From positions 40,176,001 to 40,240,000 of the forward strand of contig OZ024748.1 of NCBI GenBank assembly GCA_964016885.1: DNA of 64,000 nt. Reading direction: 5' to 3'. A program made the position numbers and the translations under genes. Below the pieces are notes generated by a model. That model did not search any database, had not been told where the DNA came from, and worked only from the letters and a program-made list of their open reading frames with translations. Below, piece by piece: positions 34,778 through 48,548 of the stretch (position 1 is its first letter; each line of letters starts with the position of its first letter). Source of the stretch: Eledone cirrhosa. Taxonomy: Eukaryota.

Positions 34778-37049
34778 TTAACCCTTTAGCATTTAAACCA
34801 GTCATATCCGGCAAGAATTCTCTCACCACTTTCTGTTCAAACTGGCTGTAATGGGCCACTCATACTGATATTAAGGTATTGTTCTCAAAATAAATAATAT
34901 CAACATCTCATAGATTCGATATTATGTGAGATATTGTGTGAGATATTGTGTGAGATATTGTGTGAGATATTGTGTGAGATATTGTGTGAGATATTGTGTG
35001 AGATATTGTGTGAGATATTGTGTGAGATATTGTGTGAGATATTGTGTGAGATATTGTGGGAGATATTGTGGGAGATATTATGTGATATATTATGTGAGGT
35101 AAAGCCTTTACTGTGAAAATACAATAGTATATATAGAGTAATGTAAATGTTATGTGAGATATTATGTGAGGTAAAGCCTTTACTGTGAAAATACAATAGT
35201 ATATATAGAGTAATGTAAATGTTATGTGAGATATTATGTGAGGTAAAGCATTTACTGTGAAAATACAATAGTATATATAGAGTAATGTAAATGTTATGCG
35301 AGATATTATGTGAGGTAAAGCCTTTACTGTGAAAATACAATAGTATATATAGAGTAATGTAAATGTTATGTGAGATATTATGTGAGGTAAAGCCTTTACT
35401 GTGAAAATACAATAGTATATATAGAGTAATGTAAATGTTATGTGAGATATTATGTGAGGTAAAGCCTTTACTGTGAAAATACAATAGTATATATAGAGTA
35501 ATGTAAATGTTATGTGAGATATTATGTGAGGTAAAGCCTTTACTGTGAAAATACAATAGTATATATAGAGTAATGTAAATGTTATGTGAGATATTATGTG
35601 AGGTAAAGCCTTTACTGTGAAAATACAATAGTATATATAGAGTAATGTAAATGTTATGTGAGATATTATGTGAGGTAAAGCATTTACTGTGAAAATACAA
35701 TAGTATATATAGAGTAATGTAAATGTTATGTGAGATATTATGTGAGGTAAAGCCTTTACTGTGAAAATACAATAGTATATATAGAGTAATGTAAATGTTA
35801 TGTGAGATATTATGTGAGGTAAAGCCTTTACTGTGAAAATACAATAGTATATATAGAGTAATGTAAATGTTATGTGAGATATTATGTGAGGTAAAGCCTT
35901 TACTGTGAAAATACAATAGTATATATAGAGTAATGTAAATGTTATGTGAGATATTATGTGAGGTAAAGCCTTTACTGTGAAAATACAATAGTATATATAG
36001 AGTAATGTAAATGTTATGTGAGATATTATGTGAGGTAAAGCCTTTACTGTGAAAATACAATAGTATATATAGAGTAATGTAAATGTTATGTGAGATATTA
36101 TGTGAGGTAAAGCCTTTACTGTGAAAATACAATAGTATATATAGAGTAATGTAAATATTATGTGAGATATTATGTGAGGTAAAGCCTTTACTGTGAAAAT
36201 ACAATCATAATCTATAAAGCTCAGTGTATGGTCACATTTCTTTGTTATAGAAATCTACGATATAGAATTTCTTCAATTGAAATTTACAATTCATTATTCG
36301 AAATAGCTTCAATTGGGTCATGGCACATATATTATTTTCAATTTCACCCACAATTACGCAAAAAAAAAATAAAAATCGATAAAACTCATCCCCTCATTTC
36401 GACTGCTTTTCTCTTTCCATTACCCTTCAAAATCTATACAACTTCATACTTTCTGCTACTTTCTCTTTCCAAGCTGAAACAACTATTCTTTTCATTTTAC
36501 ATTGTTCATGTTGATGGTGATACTCTCCGTTTTACTCTCTCACTCATACACTTTACAGACTAAACAACAAAAACATTAGCCACATTAACGTACAATTTCG
36601 TTTATTCTAAATGTGCGTCTTCAAACTGATTTATTTATTTGCAAACACATACAAACACACACTCACATCAAATGAATAATTAAACTTTAAATCAATTTAA
36701 CCACGTGCCGGATTTCTAACCACACATACACACTTCATTAACAAATAAAAATTCTAATTTGCGACAATTATTTTCTTTCAATCGTAAAATCAAACGACAT
36801 AATTATTTTCATTTTTGGTTGTTAATCTTCCTGTGGATACTACTACCCTTCCATTTCACATCATGTGAGTTAACAAATAATTTTTTAAAACACTATTCGC
36901 AGACTTCCTTAAACAACAAGATCAATTGCGTAGCCGGTATTCATTATGTAGCCGGTAAAGCTATGTAGCAGGTAAAAGGCTATGTAGTCAGTACGATGTT
37001 ATATAGCATGAAAAGTTTATATAACCGGTAAATGTTATGTCGCCGTTAG

Positions 37050-37084
<35 letters not shown>

Positions 37085-37734
37085 TACCGTCAATACACAC
37101 GTGTGGGTGTGCGTGTTTCAATGTAGTTTTCGTTAACAATGACGAGAGTACAATCGCGCCAGAAACAATTCAATTTCTCATTCTTAACTGCTAGGGACGT
37201 TCATAGGTTCATTAAGTACTTTCAGTAAGGAATAAAAAAATTAGGGATTGAACCCAAAACCACGACATAAACAGGCACCAACAAACGTTTTCTTTGTCCT
37301 GTCAAAAAGTGATTCATCCTATCCCTTTCACCTACGACCTCAGTTAGGTTAGGCGAAAGTCAAATAGACAGGGGATCACCTATGTAGGTACAAACCCTGC
37401 TGCGGTATGTCTATTTTTCTAACTGCAACCAGATTATATATACCGTAGTTAACAGAGACCATGACACACCAGGCCTGCAAACCAAACGAGATGGAATATT
37501 CATTATAATACATCAGTTCCTCAGCCCCAAGCAACGCCGAGCACTTCTGCTAGTAGTATATATAGAGTAATGTAAATGTTATGTGAGATATTATGTGAGG
37601 TAAAGCTTTTACTGTGAAAATATAATAGTATATATAGAGTAATGTAAATGTTATGTGAGATATTATGTGAGGTAAAGCTTTTACTGTGAAAATATAATAG
37701 TATATATAGAGTAATGTAAATGCTAAAGGGGTAA
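34778..37734. mobile_element. TTAA-flanked piggyBac-type MITE, copy 3, with 12-bp and 72-bp arrays and a nested Helitron-like insert
   Basis: ttaaccctttagcatt ... aatgctaaaggggtaa; (tgtgagatattg)n at 34922-35090; 72-bp units at 35080-36204 and 37554-37720. Confidence 0.72.
36205..37553 (+). mobile_element. Non-autonomous Helitron-like element
   Basis: 5' TC, 3' CTAG preceded by a GC-rich subterminal segment. Inserted at A|T with no TSD; removing it restores the satellite unit aaatacaa|tagtatata exactly. Confidence 0.8.
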
Positions 37735-38587
37735 ATCATGAGTTTGAATACTGTATAGATTGAAACTACGAACAAGAGTTGTGACAACACTGGTGCCAAG
37801 TTAACCAGTGCCCCAGCATGGCCGCAGTCTAATGACAGAAACCAAAAAAAGTATGTGGTGCCCCAGCATGGCCACGGTCTATTGACAGAAACAAGTAAAA
37901 GAGTACTTTCAAGTCCCAAATAATGGGGACGCGTTGGAATAAGCAAGGGGGTAGGGGTTTGGAAATTCAGTAATTTTTCTAGGTTGTCTCCAGTGATTTT
38001 TTTATAAACCAGAATTAGTAATTTAGTTTACATATTAAGACCCCAATCCATATGGGGTTTCTAGTAATGTACTTTTTTTGTCATGTATAATGTTTTCCAA
38101 TGTATAAAAAAAATTGTTGCAGGAATGCTACTACTTAAAATAATATTTCACTGGAGATAGATTAGGAAAATTTAATAAGTGTGGGGGTGGGATAAAAACA
38201 GTGGGGGTGTCTGAAAAATTAATAAGTGTGTGTGGGGGGGGGGGGGGGGGGGGTAAAAATTAATAAGTGTGGGGGGGGGGGGTAAAAATAGTGGGTGGGT
38301 GGGGGAGTAATGAGTGTGTGGGTGGGGGGGGGGGGGGTAAAAATAGTGAGTGAAAAATTAACAAGTGGGGGGTTGTAATAAAAATAGGGGGGGGGGGGTT
38401 AATATACAACGAGCACCGGGGGGGGGGGGGGCAATTATTCAAGACCCGAGAGTAAATAATTGTTTCTACTTTTGGCACAAGACCACCAATTATCCCAGTA
38501 GATTACTGATACTTTATTTTATCGACCCCGTAAGGATGAAAGGTTAACCTCGGCGGAATTTACCCGAGTGTAAATAATATAACTTAC

Positions 38588-38680
38588 ATTGCCATCATTG
38601 ATATTCACATAACTCTGTTCAGTAGCTAGACATTTCTTTATAACACGGATTAAACACAACGGATTTGTTGAATAGATTTT
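38588..38680 (-). CDS. STAT5: STAT5-like exon: KIYSTNPLCLIRVIKKCLATEQSYVNINDGN
   Basis: tttcag/gtaagt, 93 nt, phase 0-0. Resembles STAT5 '[25 protein letters not shown]'. Confidence 0.9.
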
Positions 38681-38899
38681 CTGAAAAAGAATTTTTGTAA
38701 ACAAGGAATTAGTATGGATAATTACTCATATACAGGTAAAATTCCATTATAACGAATACAATTATAACAAATTTTTCAGTATAATGAAATTTTTTTTCAA
38801 TCCCTGACGTAATAAACAAACGCTCAATTTGTTTCGATCAATCTCGTAAAAAATAGACATACAGCTTAGCACCAGTGATGTCGCAACATATATATAAAT

Positions 38900-39372
38900 T
38901 ATATTCTACACTATATATATACATTATATATACATTATATATACACTATATATACATTATATATACACTATATATACACTATATATACACTATATATACA
39001 TTATATATACATTATATATACACTATATATACATTATATTTACATTATATATACACTATATATACATTATATATACACTATATATACACTATATATACAT
39101 TATATATACATTATATATATACACTATATATACATTATATATACATTATATATACATTATATATACACTATATATACATTATATATACATTATATATACA
39201 CTATATATACACTATATATACACTATATATACATTATATATACATTATATATACATTATATATACATTATATATACATTATATATACATTATATATACAC
39301 TATATATACATTATATATACATTATATATACATTATATATACACTATATATACATTATATATACACTATATA
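38900..39372. repeat. 11-bp AT-rich tandem repeat (aca[t/c]tatatat)n
   Basis: Directly visible. Confidence 0.9.
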
Positions 39373-39379
39373 TGATGTT

Positions 39380-39568
39380 GTCCAAAGGAAAAGAAATGGC
39401 TGATACAGCTTGGCACCTGTAACATCGCAACTCATTTCTACAGATGGGTAAACTGGAGCAGCATGAAATGAAGTGTCTTACTCAAGAACACAACGGTTCG
39501 ATAATCAAACTCACAACCTTCCGATTACAAGCCTAACACTTTAACCACTAAGCCATGTGCCTTCACTT
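39380..39568 (-). mobile_element. tRNA-derived SINE
   Basis: Minus strand reads tggcttagtggttaaagtgtt...gagtttgatt...ttgtgttcttgagtaagacacttcatttc. Confidence 0.6.
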
Positions 39569-39849
39569 CTCATATATAATACCATAATAATCATTATCAT
39601 TTAGTGATGGGTGTTTTTTGCTTGCTAGTAATGTTTTGATGGATTGCCACAGACCAAGTCAGTAAATCAGAGCTCCAGACCTCTCTAACAGGACAGGGGA
39701 AGAGCTGCACTTGCTTACATATATTCCTCACTCTACAGAATGTACTGGGTGCATTATATCATGGCACAATCACTAGGGAAGTCGTCAGGTCTTTGACTCA
39801 ACTAAAGCAGCCACTCAACTCTTTGTTTGGCAAGTTTTCTACAGCGAAA

Positions 39850-40170
39850 TGCTCTTCCTAACACTAACCACTTTTCAGAGTGTACTGGGTGCACTTTATC
39901 GTGTCACCAATACTGGAGAGATTGCTGTGCCCTTGACACAATTGAAGAGGCCTTCCAACACTTTTTGACATACTTTCTACAGCTGGATGCCATTCATATT
40001 GCAAACAACTTTTCAGAGTGTACTGGGTGCACTTTATCGTGTCACCAATACTAGAGAGATTGCTGTGCCCTTGACACAATTGAAGAGGCCTTCCAATACT
40101 TTTTGACATACTTTCTACAGTTGGATGCCATTCATATTGCAAACAACTTTTCAGAGTGTACTGGGTGCAT
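39850..40170 (-). repeat. 138-bp tandem repeat (~2.3 units) from an RTE/SINE tail motif
   Basis: cttttcagagtgtactgggtgca at 39871, 40009 and 40147; contains the reverse complement of ggcatccagctgtagaa. Confidence 0.75.
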
Positions 40171-40242
40171 TTTTCACTTGAGAGGTTAACATATCTTTGA
40201 CACAGAAGAGTCTTCTTAGCATTGAATATGCTGAAGACTTAC

Positions 40243-40396
40243 TTGAAAATCTTCCAATGCTTCTCTTAGTTTCAACCTGGTACTGAAATAATTATGGTGT
40301 AAATTCTGAATTCTTGTCTCCATTTCCTGCAGCAAATTATTCAGCATAGTTCTGGCTAGGTTCTCATTACAGGGATTGCTCTCATCAATGGCATTC
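40243..40396 (-). CDS. STAT5: STAT5-like exon (N-terminal domain): NAIDESNPCNENLARTMLNNLLQEMETRIQNLHHNYFSTRLKLREALEDFQ
   Basis: ttccag acceptor, gtaagt donor, 154 nt. Resembles STAT5 N-domain 'WDAIDLDNPQ...LLEGLVQEL...LKIKL'. Begins mid-codon, so an upstream coding exon is needed; none found in the window. Confidence 0.9.
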
Positions 40397-41083
40397 CTGG
40401 AATAATTAATGAAAACAAAAATATTATCCATCAGTGAAAAGTATGTATATTAAAGTATATATATATATAATATATTAAAGTATATATATAATATATTAAA
40501 GTATATATATATATAGTATATTAAAGTATATATATATATATAATATATTTGTTTCTACTTTTGGCACAAGGCCAGCAATTACCCAGTCCATTACTGGTAC
40601 TTTATTTTATCGACCCCGTAAGGATGAAAGGTAAAGTCAACCTCGGCGGGATTTGAACTCATATATATATATATATACTTTAATAAATATAATATACTAA
40701 AGTATATATATATAATATACTAAAGTATATATATATAATATACTAAAGTATATATATATAATATACTAAAGTATATATATATAATATACTAAAGTATATA
40801 TATATAATATACTAAAGTATATATATATAATATACTAAAGTATATATATATAATATACTAAAGTATATATATATAATATACTAAAGTATATATATATAAT
40901 ATACTAAAGTATATATATATAATATACTAAAGTATATATATATAATATACTAAAGTATATATATATATAATATACTAAAGTATATATATATAATATACTA
41001 AAGTATATATATATATATATAATATACTAAAGTATATATATATAATATACTAAAGTATATATATATATATATAATATACTAAA

Positions 41084-41124
<41 letters not shown>

Positions 41125-41129
41125 GTACT

Positions 41130-41177
<48 letters not shown>

Positions 41178-41182
41178 GTACT

Positions 41183-41226
<44 letters not shown>

Positions 41227-41541
41227 AAAGTTTTATTTAAAATTGTTGGGTTACAACGAGTAAATATTTTATAACTGATATAAAGCACTCAACAAATTTT
41301 GGAGTAGATATACAATATTAAACAAATGGAAACTATATTTATAAAACCATATTTATTTCATTATACATATTTCAGGGATACCATATTAAAAATATGGCAT
41401 GCCTTCTTCAGATAAAATACAATATATAAGCAGTTTTATAAATAAATTTGACGTACCATAAATATTGAACAACTTCCATTTAAGAGGTTGGTTTGGTAGT
41501 AAATATGGTTTTATAAATATAGTTTCCATTTGTTTAATATC

Positions 41542-41581
<40 letters not shown>

Positions 41582-41609
41582 CTAAAGTATATATATATAT
41601 ATATATAAT

Positions 41610-41683
<74 letters not shown>

Positions 41684-42080
41684 GTACTAAAATATATATA
41701 TATATATAATGTACTAAAATATATATATATATATATATAATGTACTAAAATATATATATATATATAATATACTAAAATATATATATATATATAATATACT
41801 AAAATATATATATATATATAATATACTAAAGTATATATATATATAATATACTAAAGTATATATATATATAATATACTAAAGTATATATATATATAATATA
41901 CTAAAGTATATATATATATAATATACTAAAGTATATATATATATATATAATATACTAAAGTATATATATATATATATATATAATATACTAAAGTATATAT
42001 ATATATATATAATAAACTAAAGTATATATATATATATAATATACTAAAGTATATATATATATATATATAATATACTAAAG

Positions 42081-42113
<33 letters not shown>

Positions 42114-42118
42114 CTAAA

Positions 42119-42179
<61 letters not shown>

Positions 42180-42494
42180 CGAAACGGCTTGAGCTCAGCT
42201 GTCGGGGTCTTACTGGTTCCTATTACCCACTCTACTACCTCAAGTATTGAGTACTTTGGTGCGTTATGGTCCACCTGGTTCCTTACCACATTTCCTTCGT
42301 TATATATATATATATATATATAATGTACTAAAGTATATATATATATATATTATATATATATATATATATAATGTACTAAAATATATATATATATATATAT
42401 ATAATGTACTAAAGTATATATATATATATATATAATGTACTAAAGTATATATATATATATATAATGTACTAAAGTATATATATAATGTACTAAA

Positions 42495-42527
<33 letters not shown>

Positions 42528-42559
42528 GTACTAAAGTATATATATATAATGTACTAAAG

Positions 42560-42592
<33 letters not shown>

Positions 42593-42699
42593 GGGAAAAT
42601 GTATGACCCCGACGGCAGATTCAGAAAAGATTGTTTTGGTAAAAACAAGAGTAAGTAGGAGAATATATATAATATATTAAAGTGTATATATATATATAT

Positions 42700-45600
42700 C
42701 TAATATATATTTGTGAAATGGGTGGTGGTTGAAATTCAGATGCGCATGGTTAAATCGTAGTAGACGTGGTCAGACGGACATGAAAATTTACACACCTATG
42801 TAAAAAGTGCCAAGGAAGCAAATAAACGAGGTTTCAAATCTCTAACTTGAAAAATGTGGTCCCTAGGGTCACCAAACGGTCTATTTACTATCACGTTCGG
42901 TGAGTTATTTCCCCCTGTTCTAATACTTGGATGAGTTATTTACAATTTCATACAAATTTTTAAACTCATCAACATTCTTTCGCTGTTAACATACAGTACC
43001 AATAATTTGAAAAATATTATTGAAAGTTTATTATAAAGAAGCAGTTTCAGAAAAAAAAATAGAAATATGCACTTGGGGCTGGATGGCATACAATGAGAAG
43101 TGGAGCGACGTGAAAAGCGTTGTTTATTAACAGCGAAATAGCAATCATTTGAAAATGCAGATTAATAAACTGTTGCCTTCTACAGTAAGTTTCATTTTCA
43201 CAGTACCATTTTATGAAATCGATTCTGCAGTACGGTCACTGTTTTCCATCAAAAGAAATAAAACCCTTAAATTGCGAAGAAGGGACGCGTGTTTTTATTT
43301 TAATTCTAATACATGTTAACTACCACTAACAGTAAGTAGTATTTTTCAAATTGCATATCATCAACATTGCTATTTCGCTGTTAATAAACAACGCTTTTCA
43401 CGTCGCTCCACTTCTCATTGTACGCCGTCCAGCCCCAAGTGCATATTTCTATTATTTTTTCCTGAAACTGCTTCTTTATAATAAACTTTCAATAATATTT
43501 TTCAAATTATTAACTTAATAAAAAGTGGCCCCGGGTGCAACCGGGCTCAGCTGCTAGTATATATATGTTAAAGTATATCTAATCCGATTAGAGCAAACAT
43601 CACGGGCGCTCTATCTCAAAATTATTTTTGAAAAGCATTAGAAATGCGCAACCGGTAAAACTTAAAACCAAAACTGAATACTAACCAATACTATTACTAA
43701 TTTTTACTTATTCCTAATTAAACTATTTTTCACTGGGAACAATTTGTCAGCATTTTCTTTTCCGTTTACCAATATATATATATATATATATATATACAAA
43801 ACTGATGTCTATGTGTGTGTGTGTCCTCATTTTTGCAAAGTCTATACAAATCCAGATTTCTACTCCGATTGACTTCAAACTTGCATTTATATATTCCTTG
43901 CGGTCTAAAGATATTAACTGCAGCTTTTATTTTTCAATTTTTTGTTGATAAAGGGGCGTTAGGCGCCAGTTATCCATCTCCGTCGCATTCTTATAATATC
44001 TGTCTGTATGCCTGGCTGTCTGCATTACGACATTCTGACGAACATTGAGGACATATTATGTTCGCTATTTTCCGTTCATTGCCAGGGAACGTTTTCACGA
44101 ACCAAAGTATTGTCTTCCTGTTTTCCTTCGGTTGCAACGTTTTTAGAAATATTTACTTCTGCGTTCACAGATTGATGTTTTTAGTTTCAGAAAATCCCGT
44201 TAAGGGTGAAAGCAACGATTCTTTGCTTAAACTTTAATCTGTTATTTTAATCTATATATGTATATATATAAAACTGAGGAAGGATGTATGTGTGTATGTG
44301 TGTATGTGTGTGTGTGAAACCCGAGAAGTACCCAACCGATCTTTTTCAAACTTTACATGTGTATTACTTATATTTCAGCACATAAAAAATATTCAACTTT
44401 TTGATCCCCTAGGGCCCGCATTTGGTGAAAAACTGCGTTTTTTCCAGCTTTTTAGGGGTTTTTTGAGGCATTACGTCAGGCCGATTTTCTTGAAATTGTA
44501 ACTATGTATTAGTCAATCACTTCTTCATACTGTGAGCAAAGAAAATCCAACTTTTTTATGGCCTAGGGCCCACACTAGGTGAAAACCTTATTTTTTTCAG
44601 CTTTTTACGGCTTTTTTGAGGCATTACGTCTAGCCGATTTTCCCGAAATTTCAAGGCATATTATGCACATAAAAAAAATTCATTTTCTTGATCCCGTGAA
44701 AACCTGCCTTTTTCTTGCTTCATCGAAGAAAATCTTAGATTATCCCACCATCAGAGTATTCGGTTTATTTTCTTTAGATATTATCCAGGCATGCAGTTTT
44801 TCGACGATTAGGTCTGTTGGCAGCCCGCGTTCCAAAATACCTTATCCTGTGCAATGCCGGGTACCACTGCTAGTAATGTACTAAAGTATATCTATAATAT
44901 TATAAAGCTGAGTGTCGTGTGTATTATGTATGTATCATACACACCTCCCTATAGTTTCTTAGCTTTACTCTCTCCGTCGTTCTTCCCTCTCTCTATAATA
45001 GATTATTGCCCCTCTCTATAATTTAACTGCTTTGCTCTCTCTGTTGCTCTTCACTCTCAAATATTATAAAGCTGAGCGTCATCTCTCTCTCTCCCTCTTT
45101 TACTCTCTCCATCGCTCTTCCCTCTCTCTATAATAGATCATTCCCCCTCTCCATAATTTAACTGCTTTACTCTCTCCGTCACTCTTCACTCAAATATTAT
45201 AAAGCTGAGCGTCGTCTCTCTCTCTCTCCCTCTTTTACTCTCTCCGTTGCTCTTCCCTCTCTCTATAATAGATCATTCCCCCTCTATAATTTAACTGCTT
45301 TACTCTCTGTCGCTCTTCACTCTCAAATATTAAAAAGCTGAGCGTCTTCTCTCTCCCTCTTTCACCCTCTCTATAATTTAACTGCTTTACTCTCTGTCGC
45401 TCTTCACTCTCTATATGAGAACACTGTTTTAGTTTCCGTATCTCCCTTCAATATATACAAAGAGAGAGAGAGAAAGATTAGGAAAACTACACACACACAA
45501 CTACAGAGAGAGACAGAAAAACAGAGGGAGGACAAAAGAGAGAGATAGGCTGTTAGACAGAGAGAGATACAATTAAAGTGTTAGTTATTCAGAGAGAGAG

Positions 45601-45703
45601 AGAGTCGGAAGGACAATGTGACATGGGAGGGTGTGTGGTATCTTTGTAGTGGAGTGGTGGGGGCAGGTATACCTAGCTGGACACCAGCCGGACCGGCCAG
45701 TAG
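42700..45703 (+). mobile_element. Cluster of Helitron-like non-autonomous elements
   Basis: 3' ends with a GC-rich hairpin then CTAG|T at ~43557 (cccggg..ccggg..ctgctagt) and ~44873, and a similar end at ~45703; TC starts. Internal boundaries are approximate. Confidence 0.55.
43001..43511. repeat. ~145-bp near-perfect inverted repeat with ~220-bp spacer
   Basis: 43001-43145 is the reverse complement of 43366-43511. Confidence 0.85.
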
Positions 45704-45782
45704 TATATATATATAATGTACTAAAGTATATATATATATATATATATATATAGTGTACTAAATATATATATAATGTACTAAA

Positions 45783-45818
<36 letters not shown>

Positions 45819-45926
45819 TACTAAATATATATATATATAATGTACTAAAGTATATATATATATAATGCACTAAAGTATATATATATAATGTACTAAAGTA
45901 TATATATATATATATAATGTACTAAA

Positions 45927-45986
<60 letters not shown>

Positions 45987-46143
45987 TACTAAATATATAT
46001 ATATAATGTACTAAAGTATATATATATATAATGCACTAAAGTATATATATATATATAATGCACAAAAGTATATATATATATATATAATGTACTAAAGTAT
46101 ATATATATATATATAATGTACTGAAGTATATATATTTATATAT

Positions 46144-47433
46144 ATCATCATCATCATCATCATTTTACGTCCGCTTTTCTCTGCTTGCAAGGGTGGGATG
46201 GGTCTTATTCAGCACAGCATCTCTCCACTCGTCACGGTCCTTCGTCATCTCCACCGTGAGCTTCAATGATCTGATGTCTGTTCTCACCACCTCCGCCCAT
46301 GTTTTTCGTGGTCTACCTCTACCACGTCTTCCTTCAACTGGCATTTCCTGGCACTTCTTCACCCATCGGTCATCCTCCATGCGCATCACATGTCCATACC
46401 ACCTCAGTCTCCTCTCCCATACACTACATTCTATCCCTCTCAGACACAGTTTCTCTCTCAACACATTTATGCTGGCTCGCTCACGCACATTTACACTGCA
46501 CATCCAACGGAGCATGCTTGCCTCATTTCTCTCCAGCCGTCGCATATCCTCTGCAGTTGCTGCCCATGTCTCACTACCATGCAGCATCGCGCTCCTCACA
46601 CAGGATTCATACAGCCGACCTTTCGTACGCAGGGAGAAACCCTTCTTCGTCAACAGAGGAAGCAGCTCTATAAACTTCTTCCAACCCGTCCTTATTCTAG
46701 ATACTATGGCCTCGGAACACCCTCCTCCCATGCTAATCTGATCTATGTACCGGAAGCTATCCACCACTTCTATAGTGCCCTCCTGCATTTGAAAAACATG
46801 TCTATCAATGTGACTTCTACTGTCTAATTTCCCTGTACATCTACATTTCTTCCTACCTGTTAGTTTGCCTGCTATCCCGCTACATCTCTTGTGTACCCAG
46901 GATCTGCATTGTGTGCATTTTATAGAATTTATGCCAGTTCCTTTTCTGCATATCGAACATGGCCATTTCCCTGACGGAATCAGAGTTTTGTCCTCTTTTC
47001 TACTCATCAACACTTTTGTCTTAGCTAGGTTCACTCTCAGTCCTCTTGCTTCCAGCTGCTGTTTCCATAGCCAGAATTTATTCTCTAGCTCCTCTACTGA
47101 TTCTGCTATAAGAACCAGATCGTCAGCATAGAGATGTTCCCATGGACAGCCAGTCTTAAACTCCTCTGTTATGGCTTGGAGGACTATAATGAACAAGAGA
47201 GGGCTGAGGACCGAACCCTGATGTACTCCTACTTGTATCTGGAATTCCTCACTAAACTCCATTCCTACCCTGACTTTACTGAGAGTACCTCTGTACAAAG
47301 TTTGCACTGTCCTCACAAGCCATTCCTCAACACCTAGCTTCCTTAGGGACCACCAGATGACAGATCGGGGTACCCTATCAAAGGCCTTCTCTAGGTCAAC
47401 AAAGGCTAAGTATAGTGGCTTATTCTTCTCTAA
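46144..47433 (-). mobile_element. RTE subfamily B, 5'-truncated
   Basis: 383-aa ORF 46165-47316 with YADD; (ATC)n tail at 46144-46163. Confidence 0.93.
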
Positions 47434-47795
47434 GTATATATATATAATGTACTAAAGTATATATATATATATATAATGTACTAAAGTATATATATATATA
47501 TATATATAATGTACTAAACTATATATATATATAATGTACTAAAGTATATATATAATATACTAATGTATATATATATATAATGTACTAAAGTATATTTATA
47601 TATAATGTACTAAAGTATATATATATATATAATGTACTAAATATATTTATATATATAATGTACTAAAGTATATATATATATAATGTATTTTGCAATACAC
47701 TTTATGCTTAATTAAAAGCATTTTGAAGACCGTAAGCTATTGTTTTAAAGTAGTGACAAATTCACTCACTTTGATCTCAGCAAACAGGGGAGATA

Positions 47796-47839
47796 AGCCG
47801 ACATGACATGTTTCGCTTTTGTTGAAGCTTATCAAGGCC
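47796..47839 (-). ncRNA. Type I hammerhead ribozyme motif (inverted copy, U3:A8)
   Basis: Exact reverse complement of 48180-48223. Confidence 0.8.
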
Positions 47840-48179
47840 AACTAGCCCGCCTGTCTACTGAGATCAATGATGTTATATTCTTATAGAAATCTAGTAAATA
47901 ATCAGGAGCTGATTATGCAGAGCGGTTGTTGGTCAGGCAGAAATTAAAAATTAGAATTGGAGCTCTGAAATAGCAATATATATATGGATGTATATATAAT
48001 GTATTTTGCAATACACTTTATGCTTATACATCCATATATATATTGCTATTTCAGAGCTCCAATTCTAATTTTTAATTTCTGCCTGACCAACAACCGCTCT
48101 GCATAATCAGTTCCTGATTATTTACTAGATTTCTATAAGAATATAACATCATTGATCTCAGTAGACAGGCGGAGTAGTT

Positions 48180-48223
48180 GGCCTTGATAAGCTTCAACAA
48201 AAGCGAAACATGTCATGTCGGCT
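48180..48223 (+). ncRNA. Type I hammerhead ribozyme motif with U3:A8 core variant
   Basis: GGCC-TTGATAA-GCTT caacaa AAGC-GAAACA tgtca TGTC-GGCT, enclosed by an 18-bp helix ttgatctcagtagacagg/cctgtttgctgagatcaa. Confidence 0.8.
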
Positions 48224-48548
48224 TATCTCCCCTGTTTGCTGAGATCAAAGTGAGTGAATTTGTCACTACTTTAAAACAATAGCTTACGGTCTTCAAAATG
48301 CTTTTAATTAAGCATAAAGTGTATTGCAAAATACATTATATATACATCCATATATATATTGCTATTTCAGAGCTCCAATTCTAATTTTTAAAGTATATAT
48401 ATATATATATATATATATATAATGTACTAAAATATATTTATATATATAATGTACTAAAATATATTTATATATATAATGTACTAAAGTATATATATATATA
48501 TAATGTACTAAAGTATATATATATATATATATAATGTACTAAAGTATA

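Larger units (their letters stand above)
47685..48390. mobile_element. Head-to-head inverted dimer of a 316-bp hammerhead-containing repeat (retrozyme-like)
   Basis: 47685-48025 is the reverse complement of the + unit; tcagagctcc recurs at 48051 and 48367. Confidence 0.8.

Noticed and set aside
34900-36204. 434-aa ORF (SHNISHNIYITLY repeats)
   Set aside because: Translation of the 72-bp and 12-bp satellites.
42175-42300. Short insert starting gccgtcgaaacggc, possible 3' half of a hammerhead
   Set aside because: No CUGANGA half is present; too little sequence to call.
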